A DNA stretch of 64,000 nucleotides, taken from IMG/VR virus record IMGVR_UViG_3300034095_000847. One strand, written 5' to 3'. Below the pieces are notes generated by a model that made no database searches, had not been told where the DNA came from, and worked only from the letters and a program-made list of their open reading frames with translations. Shown piece by piece: positions 58,547-64,000 of the stretch. The translations under genes and the position numbers were made by a program. Position 1 is the stretch's first letter; each line of letters starts with the position of its first letter. Source of the DNA: a virus.

Positions 58547-58597
58547 GAAAATAAATATATACATTTACAGAAAAGGTGATATAATAGACTCATAAAT
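58547..58597 (+). promoter_or_regulatory. T4-early-type promoter
   Basis: TGAAAATAAA UP element, TATACATTT, GTGA-TATAAT-AGA; homologous to 60655-60705. Confidence 0.75.
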
Positions 58598-58618
58598 TTA
58601 AAAAGTGAGAATTATAAT

Positions 58619-60649
58619 ATGAAAACCCTTGATTTAACCGCAAAACTTCTTGCTAATGAAAATGTATCAATAATAAGAGCTGCAGTTAAAACTGCTTCTT
58701 TCAATGTCAAATCTAGACAACTAACTCTACCTATCTTTAAAGATATGACTTCTGAAATAGAAGAAATGTTGGTTGCTCATGAGACCGGTCATGCATTGTA
58801 TACAACTATGGATATGATGGAAGCTTCAAAAGAAGATTACAAAATCCATGACTATATCAATGTAGTTGAAGATGTTCGTATTGAAAAATTAATGAAACGT
58901 AAATATCCCGGTCTTAAAAAGACTATGATTGAGGGTTATAGACAACTTAATGAAAAGGATTTCTTCGGTATAAGCAAGATTAAAAATGTAAGAACTCTTA
59001 ACTTAATTGATAGAATTAACCTTTGGTTCAAAGTAGGTATTTCTTCTGGAGTTTCATTCTCTGAACAAGAAAAATTATTTGTTACTCGCGCAGAAAAAAC
59101 TGAAACTTCCATTGAAGTTGTTCAATTAGCAAAAGATATTTATGAATTTTGTAAAAATGAATTAGAAAACCCAGAAAGTAAAGATTCATCATTTAATAAT
59201 GAAAATACTGAAGAATCTGAAGAGAATGAAAGTTATGAAGAATCTGAAGAGAATGAAAGTTATGAAGAATCTGAAGAGAATGAAACAAAATCTCCTGAAG
59301 AAATAGAAGAAGAATTAGAATCTAAAACTAATAAATCTTTAATGGAAAATTTAGATAATTCTGTAGATATGAATGCAGAATATAATTATTTAAGATTAGA
59401 TACTGATTATGATCCTGATACAATAGTAGGTTATAAAACCATTTTATCTGAAACTGAAACTGAACAAGAATTTATATTAAATCGTTGGGGTTATAAAGAA
59501 GATATTCCAAGAAGTGTTGATGCAGAATATATTAAATTCAAGTCAAATACATTGAAAACAGTTAATTATCTCATAAAAGAATTTGAGATGAAAAAAGCAG
59601 CAACTCAATATAAACGTAACCAAGTATCAAAATCAGGTTCATTGGATATGAAAAAGGTTTGGGGTTATCAATTGAATGATGATTTATTTAAAAGAATTAC
59701 TACTACTCAAGATGGTAAAAAGCATGGAATGATCTTTTTGATAGATTGGTCAGGTTCTATGAACGAAGTTATTGGAGATGTAATTCAACAAGTTACTACA
59801 TTATCAATGTTTTGTCATAGATTGCAAATTCCATTTCAAGTATTAGCATTTTCTGATTATTATTATAACTGTTATGATAATAAACCTTATTCTAATAGAA
59901 GAAAAGATAGATTTCAAAAAACTAGATTAGCTACAAATTTATTAAATAATGCAACTAAAGAATGTGCTTTATTGGAATTCTTTAGTCATAAAATGTCAAA
60001 TAAAGATTTTAATGATATGGCTAAAAGACTGTTTAATACTTATAAGTTTACTAGAAAAAGTGAATACTCGTTAGGTGGAACTCCATTAAATGAAGCATTA
60101 GCTTATATGACTGATCATATAGGCAAATTTATGAATCAAAATAATGTGGAAAAGATGTCTTTTATTACATTAACTGATGGAGCAGGAAGTACTTTACGTG
60201 CTTATAATGCTCCACATTATGGTAAGAATTTCTTAGTCGATCCAATAACTAAAATAAATTATGATTTTAGATATGATGCTACTGGACAAACTAATACTTT
60301 ATTAAAAATGATAAAAGATAGATATAATGTTGCTAATATTGGTTTTTATGTTGCAGGTTCTTTAGGTCGTTCAGAAATTAATTCAGCTTCATTTAATAAT
60401 GGTATAGATGATATAGATATCGACGAAGTAAGAAAAGAAGTTCGCCAAAATGGTTTTGCTTCTTTCAAAACTAAAGGTCGTGATGATTTATTATTAGTTC
60501 CTGCAAAGTCTTTGAGAATTAAAGATATAGAATTGGAAGTTTCAGGTAAACAATCAACTTCTTCTATTGCAAATAAGTTCACCAAAATGATGGAAGGACG
60601 TCAAGTGAACCGTTTATTATTGAATAAATTTATCAGTTACGTTGCCTAA
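58619..60649 (+). CDS. Metallopeptidase-motif/vWA domain protein (CobT-like partner)
   Basis: HETGHAL, NVVED.RIE, acidic linker, MIDAS DWSGSM, GGTPL and LTDG motifs. Confidence 0.88.
   Translation: MKTLDLTAKLLANENVSIIRAAVKTASFNVKSRQLTLPIFKDMTSEIEEMLVAHETGHALYTTMDMMEASKEDYKIHDYINVVEDVRIEKLMKRKYPGLKKTMIEGYRQLNEKDFFGISKIKNVRTLNLIDRINLWFKVGISSGVSFSEQEKLFVTRAEKTETSIEVVQLAKDIYEFCKNELENPESKDSSFNNENTEESEENESYEESEENESYEESEENETKSPEEIEEELESKTNKSLMENLDNSVDMNAEYNYLRLDTDYDPDTIVGYKTILSETETEQEFILNRWGYKEDIPRSVDAEYIKFKSNTLKTVNYLIKEFEMKKAATQYKRNQVSKSGSLDMKKVWGYQLNDDLFKRITTTQDGKKHGMIFLIDWSGSMNEVIGDVIQQVTTLSMFCHRLQIPFQVLAFSDYYYNCYDNKPYSNRRKDRFQKTRLATNLLNNATKECALLEFFSHKMSNKDFNDMAKRLFNTYKFTRKSEYSLGGTPLNEALAYMTDHIGKFMNQNNVEKMSFITLTDGAGSTLRAYNAPHYGKNFLVDPITKINYDFRYDATGQTNTLLKMIKDRYNVANIGFYVAGSLGRSEINSASFNNGIDDIDIDEVRKEVRQNGFASFKTKGRDDLLLVPAKSLRIKDIELEVSGKQSTSSIANKFTKMMEGRQVNRLLLNKFISYVA
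59210..59285 (+). repeat. 27-bp tandem repeat x2.8 (EESEENESY)
   Basis: GAAGAATCTGAAGAGAATGAAAGTTAT repeated exactly. Confidence 0.95.
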
Positions 60650-60654
60650 AAAAG

Positions 60655-60705
60655 TGAAAATAAACGTTTACATTTGATGAAAACGTGTTATAATAGATCC
60701 ATAAA
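60655..60705 (+). promoter_or_regulatory. T4-early-type promoter
   Basis: TGAAAATAAA, GTTTAC-17 bp-TATAAT with TG extension. Confidence 0.8.
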
Positions 60706-60730
60706 CTAATTAATTGAGATAAACTATATT

Positions 60731-61846
60731 ATGAAAACAATTCCAAACTTTATTCCTACTATGTACCAAATGTTTCCTGATGCTGAAACAACCGGTACTA
60801 TCACTCGTAAACAACTCAAAGAAGTAAAAGATCAAATGAATTGCGATTGGCCAGATTGGTTAATGCAAAACAAAGTTGCTAGAGGTGTTTATAGATTACC
60901 AACTGCAGAAATGCCTATGAAAGAATTGAAAATAGTTTCCATTCCTAAAGGTGGAACTTCTCTCGTGCCAGAAAAAGATCCTAACTTTGTACCCTTCGGT
61001 AACTTCAAAGATTTAGAGTCTATCATTAAATCCGGCATTTTTTATCCCTCGTATATTTACGGACCTACGGGTAATGGTAAATCTACAATGGTTGAGCAAA
61101 TATGCGCTAAGCATAAAAAACCTTTGATTCGTGTTAACTTGAACATGATGACTGACGAAGAGCAGTTGATTGGTTCTAAAACTCTTCAAGAAGGCAATGT
61201 TGAGATTGTTGAAGGACCAGTATTGGTTGCTATGCGTACAGGTACTACTTTGTTACTTGATGAGATAGATGCAGGTTCAGCAAATACTTTATTATGCTTA
61301 CAACCTATTCTTGAAGGTAAACCATACTACTTCAAGTTGAAGAATGAAATGATTATTCCTGCAGAAGGATTCAATATACTTGCTACAGCCAATACTAAAG
61401 GTAAAGGTTCTGATGATGGTCGTTATATTGGTACTAATGTATTGAATGAAGCATTTCTTGAACGATTTGCGGTTACATTTGAACAAGAATATCCAAGTGC
61501 AAACATCGAATTAAAAATTGTTAAGAATCTAATGGAACAATTTAATTGTGTTGATGAACCTTTTGCTGAACTGTTAGTTAAATGGGCAGACGCAATTCGT
61601 AAAACTTATGATGATGGAGGTGTTGATGAACTAATTACAACTCGTCGAATGGTTCATATCATTCGTGCTTTTGCAATCTTTGGTAATAAAGTAAAAGCAG
61701 TTCAATTGTGTTGCAATCGTTTTGACTCTCAAACTAAGGCAGCATTTATTGATTTACTTGATAAAATGTCTGAACCAGAACTTTCTGAAATAGATCCTGC
61801 AGAAGTAATTATATCTATTGATGAATTTGATGAAATCCCTTACTAA
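60731..61846 (+). CDS. cobS: CobS/MoxR-like AAA+ ATPase
   Basis: GPTGNGKS, LLLDEID, ATANTKG.G..DGR..G...L.EAFLERF and TRR..HI motifs. Confidence 0.9.
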   Translation: MKTIPNFIPTMYQMFPDAETTGTITRKQLKEVKDQMNCDWPDWLMQNKVARGVYRLPTAEMPMKELKIVSIPKGGTSLVPEKDPNFVPFGNFKDLESIIKSGIFYPSYIYGPTGNGKSTMVEQICAKHKKPLIRVNLNMMTDEEQLIGSKTLQEGNVEIVEGPVLVAMRTGTTLLLDEIDAGSANTLLCLQPILEGKPYYFKLKNEMIIPAEGFNILATANTKGKGSDDGRYIGTNVLNEAFLERFAVTFEQEYPSANIELKIVKNLMEQFNCVDEPFAELLVKWADAIRKTYDDGGVDELITTRRMVHIIRAFAIFGNKVKAVQLCCNRFDSQTKAAFIDLLDKMSEPELSEIDPAEVIISIDEFDEIPY

Positions 61847-61864
61847 TAAAAATGAATTATTCAG

Positions 61865-61893
61865 TTTACTTTTATGGGATTATGTAATATAAT
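61865..61893 (+). promoter_or_regulatory. Sigma70-like promoter for ORF61914-gp45
   Basis: TTTACT-17 bp-TATAAT. Confidence 0.7.
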
Positions 61894-61913
61894 TATTATT
61901 TTATGGAGTTATT

Positions 61914-62114
61914 ATGAGTAAATACGAAGATGCAGTATGTGAAAAAATCCAACAAAGAGCTAAATTTGGATTAGATAAGTACGGAGTTTCATTAGAGAGA
62001 ACTGACTTGAATGAATTAGATTGGTTAATCCATGCACAAGAAGAAGCCATGGATTTAGCAAATTATCTTGAAGTGATTATACAACGAAAAATTAAAACTA
62101 TGGAGACATTATGA
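61914..62114 (+). CDS. Small phage protein, possible all-alpha NTP-pyrophosphatase-like
   Basis: R...G..KYG..L.R.DL...W..HAQEE.MD...YL motif. Confidence 0.55.
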   Translation: MSKYEDAVCEKIQQRAKFGLDKYGVSLERTDLNELDWLIHAQEEAMDLANYLEVIIQRKIKTMETL

Positions 62115-62764
62115 AAATCAGTAAAGACACAATTAATATCCTTAAGAACTATGCATCAATCAATAGCAACTTGTTGTTAACACCTGGAAATAGATTGAAG
62201 ACTACTTCGGTAAATAAAACTGTAGCATCAAGTATAACTGTAGTTGAGCAATTCCCTATTGAATTTGGCATATATGACCTTAATTCATTTTTAGGAGCAA
62301 TTTCTTTATTCACTGATCCTGAATTAGAATTTGAAGAAAAGTATGTTAATATTCAAGAGAAAAATAACAGAATTAAATTTTTTGCTGCCGATGCATCTTT
62401 ATTGAAAACTCCAAGTAAAGATATAGTGTTTCCTGCTGCAGATATTAATTTTGACTTATCTGAATCATTATTTGCTGCTATTCAAAAAACTGCCGGTGTT
62501 TTAAAAGCTTCTGATCTTTCTATTGTGGGCGATGGAACTAGTTTAACTTTAACAATTGGTGATAAAAAGAATGCTACTAGCAATTTATATGAATCAATTG
62601 TAGGTACTACTGATAAAACTTTTAAAGCTAATATTAAAATTGAAAACCTGAAAATGTTACAAGGTAATTATACAGTAACTATTCATTCTAGAATCGCTAG
62701 ATTTGAATCTACAATTGGTGATTTAGTTTATTATTGTGCAATTGAGGCTGATAGTACGTTCTAA
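62111..62764 (+). CDS. gp45: Sliding clamp
   Basis: MKISK.T..ILKN.ASIN, FGIYDLN.FL, N.K...G.Y and Y..A.E motifs. Confidence 0.95.
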   Translation: MKISKDTINILKNYASINSNLLLTPGNRLKTTSVNKTVASSITVVEQFPIEFGIYDLNSFLGAISLFTDPELEFEEKYVNIQEKNNRIKFFAADASLLKTPSKDIVFPAADINFDLSESLFAAIQKTAGVLKASDLSIVGDGTSLTLTIGDKKNATSNLYESIVGTTDKTFKANIKIENLKMLQGNYTVTIHSRIARFESTIGDLVYYCAIEADSTF

Positions 62765-62770
62765 AATACA

Positions 62771-62799
62771 TTTACTTTTTGATAAAGTCATGATATAAT
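62771..62799 (+). promoter_or_regulatory. Sigma70-like promoter for gp44, overlapped by a 10-bp inverted repeat
   Basis: TTTACT-17 bp-TATAAT with TG; AGTCATGATA/TATCATGACT. Confidence 0.7.
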
Positions 62800-62829
62800 G
62801 TATCATGACTATTTTACTATGGAGACATT

Positions 62830-63783
62830 ATGACTATCGAATCTAAAGACAATCAATTTTTGTGGGTAGAAAAATACCGCCCGCAATCCATCAGTGAATG
62901 TATTCTTCCTGAATCCATTAAAACTACATTCAATAATTATATTAAGCAAGGTGAATTACCCACACTTTTATTAACTGGTTCTGCCGGTGTAGGTAAAACT
63001 ACTATAGCAAAAGCCCTTTGTAATGAAGTAGGTGCTGACTATATAATGATTAACGGTTCCGATGAAGGTCGTAAAATTGATACTCTTAGAACTACAGTAA
63101 AAGAGTTTGCCTCGTCTGTATCCTTGACTGATGCAAAGAAGGTTATTATTATTGATGAAGCAGATTACATGAATGCTGACTCGGTTCAACCCGCATTAAG
63201 ATCATTCATTGAAGAGTTTAGTAATAACTGTCGGTTTATATTTACTTGTAATTTTAAAAATCGTATTATAGATCCATTGCATTCACGATGTGCTATTATA
63301 GATTTTAAAATAGATCCTAAAGATAAACAAGAAATGGCTGCATTGTTTTTCAAACGTGCTACCCGTATATTGAAGCAAGAAAAAATAGAGTTTGATCCAA
63401 AAGTGGTTGCTGAATTAGTAACAAAACATTTTCCAGATTATAGAAGGATATTAAATGAATTGCAAAGATATTCTGTTGCGGGTAAAATTGACTCTGGAAT
63501 TTTTGTCAATGTATCTACAGACTCTTATAAAGAATTAATTAAAGGTCTTAAAGAAAAAGATTTTACGTCTGTACGTAAATGGGTTGCTAGTGCAGATGCA
63601 GATGCTTCATCATTATTCAGACATTTATATGATAATGCATTAAATGTTTTAGATCCATCAAGTATTCCGCAATTAATTATTATTATCGGTGACTATCAAT
63701 ATAAGAGTGCCTTTGTAGCAGATCAAGAGATAAATACAATGTCAGCAATGGTTGAAATAATGTCTTCTTGTAAATTTAAATAG
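62830..63783 (+). CDS. gp44: Clamp loader ATPase subunit
   Basis: LWVEKYRP, G.AGVGKTT, IIDEAD, LHSRC and FPD.R motifs. Confidence 0.97.
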   Translation: MTIESKDNQFLWVEKYRPQSISECILPESIKTTFNNYIKQGELPTLLLTGSAGVGKTTIAKALCNEVGADYIMINGSDEGRKIDTLRTTVKEFASSVSLTDAKKVIIIDEADYMNADSVQPALRSFIEEFSNNCRFIFTCNFKNRIIDPLHSRCAIIDFKIDPKDKQEMAALFFKRATRILKQEKIEFDPKVVAELVTKHFPDYRRILNELQRYSVAGKIDSGIFVNVSTDSYKELIKGLKEKDFTSVRKWVASADADASSLFRHLYDNALNVLDPSSIPQLIIIIGDYQYKSAFVADQEINTMSAMVEIMSSCKFK

Positions 63784-63791
63784 GTATTAAT

Positions 63792-64000
63792 ATGGAAATG
63801 GATTATCTAACTTTAATATTAGTACTATTGAATGGAGGAATAGGATATTGGTATGGAGTTCGTAGAACTATAAGTAAATTCCAAAATGGAGAGTTATATA
63901 TAGAATATGATGAAGATGAATATATAGATGAAGATAATCAAATAATAGTAAATGATATATTGGCATACTTAGAAGTACATGACAATATTATTTATATGTA
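63792..64000 (+). CDS. Hypothetical protein with N-terminal hydrophobic segment; truncated by the window edge
   Basis: Hand translation MEMDYLTLILVLLNGGIGYWYGVRR...; open to 64000; AGGT RBS. Confidence 0.6.
   Translation, partial: MEMDYLTLILVLLNGGIGYWYGVRRTISKFQNGELYIEYDEDEYIDEDNQIIVNDILAYLEVHDNIIYM

Noticed and set aside
60731-61846. Cobalamin-biosynthesis auxiliary metabolic gene
   Set aside because: Only generic MoxR-type AAA+ motifs; no cobN or other cob genes in the window
2240-63189. Other short overlapping ORFs in the track (e.g. 2240, 7241, 12704, 23390, 38806, 43063, 49424, 57904, 62971)
   Set aside because: Nested within well-supported genes on the opposite strand or another frame, with no motifs or translation signals
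1-64000. tRNA/rRNA genes or alternative genetic code
   Set aside because: No cloverleaf with a T-loop GTTCRA was noticed in intergenic gaps; core genes translate full length in code 11 with TAA, TAG and TGA all used as stops

Overview
A 64-kb, AT-rich segment of a T4-like myovirus genome (T4 superfamily, environmental/cyanophage-like gene order rather than Tevenvirinae). It holds almost the whole virion morphogenesis block: gp54, gp2, gp4 on the minus strand; then gp48, gp53, hub, a split gp5, PAAR, gp25, gp6, gp7-like, gp8, a 2243-aa VrlC/DUF4815-like protein, a mosaic fibre region, gp13-15, gp17-23 and gp3. After it come uvsY, uvsW, gp55, gp47/46, a vWA/CobS pair, gp45 and gp44. T4-type late promoters (TATAAATA/AATAAATA) and sigma70-like early promoters are visible. 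The most notable unexplained signals are: (1) a conserved, covarying structured leader shared by two dissimilar GIY-YIG-type homing endonuclease genes; (2) a 48-bp element repeated 46 kb apart that reads as a strong antisense early promoter with no downstream gene, near the positions of T4 oriE and ori(uvsY); (3) a sulfotransferase plus adhesin cassette flanked by a duplication of the gp13 promoter/start; (4) gp5 split into two in-frame ORFs carrying GH19 and M15 hydrolase domains; (5) a gp67 extended into a repeat-built polyprotein; (6) no gp16 between gp15 and gp17. All calls come from reading motifs and synteny; no database searches were run.
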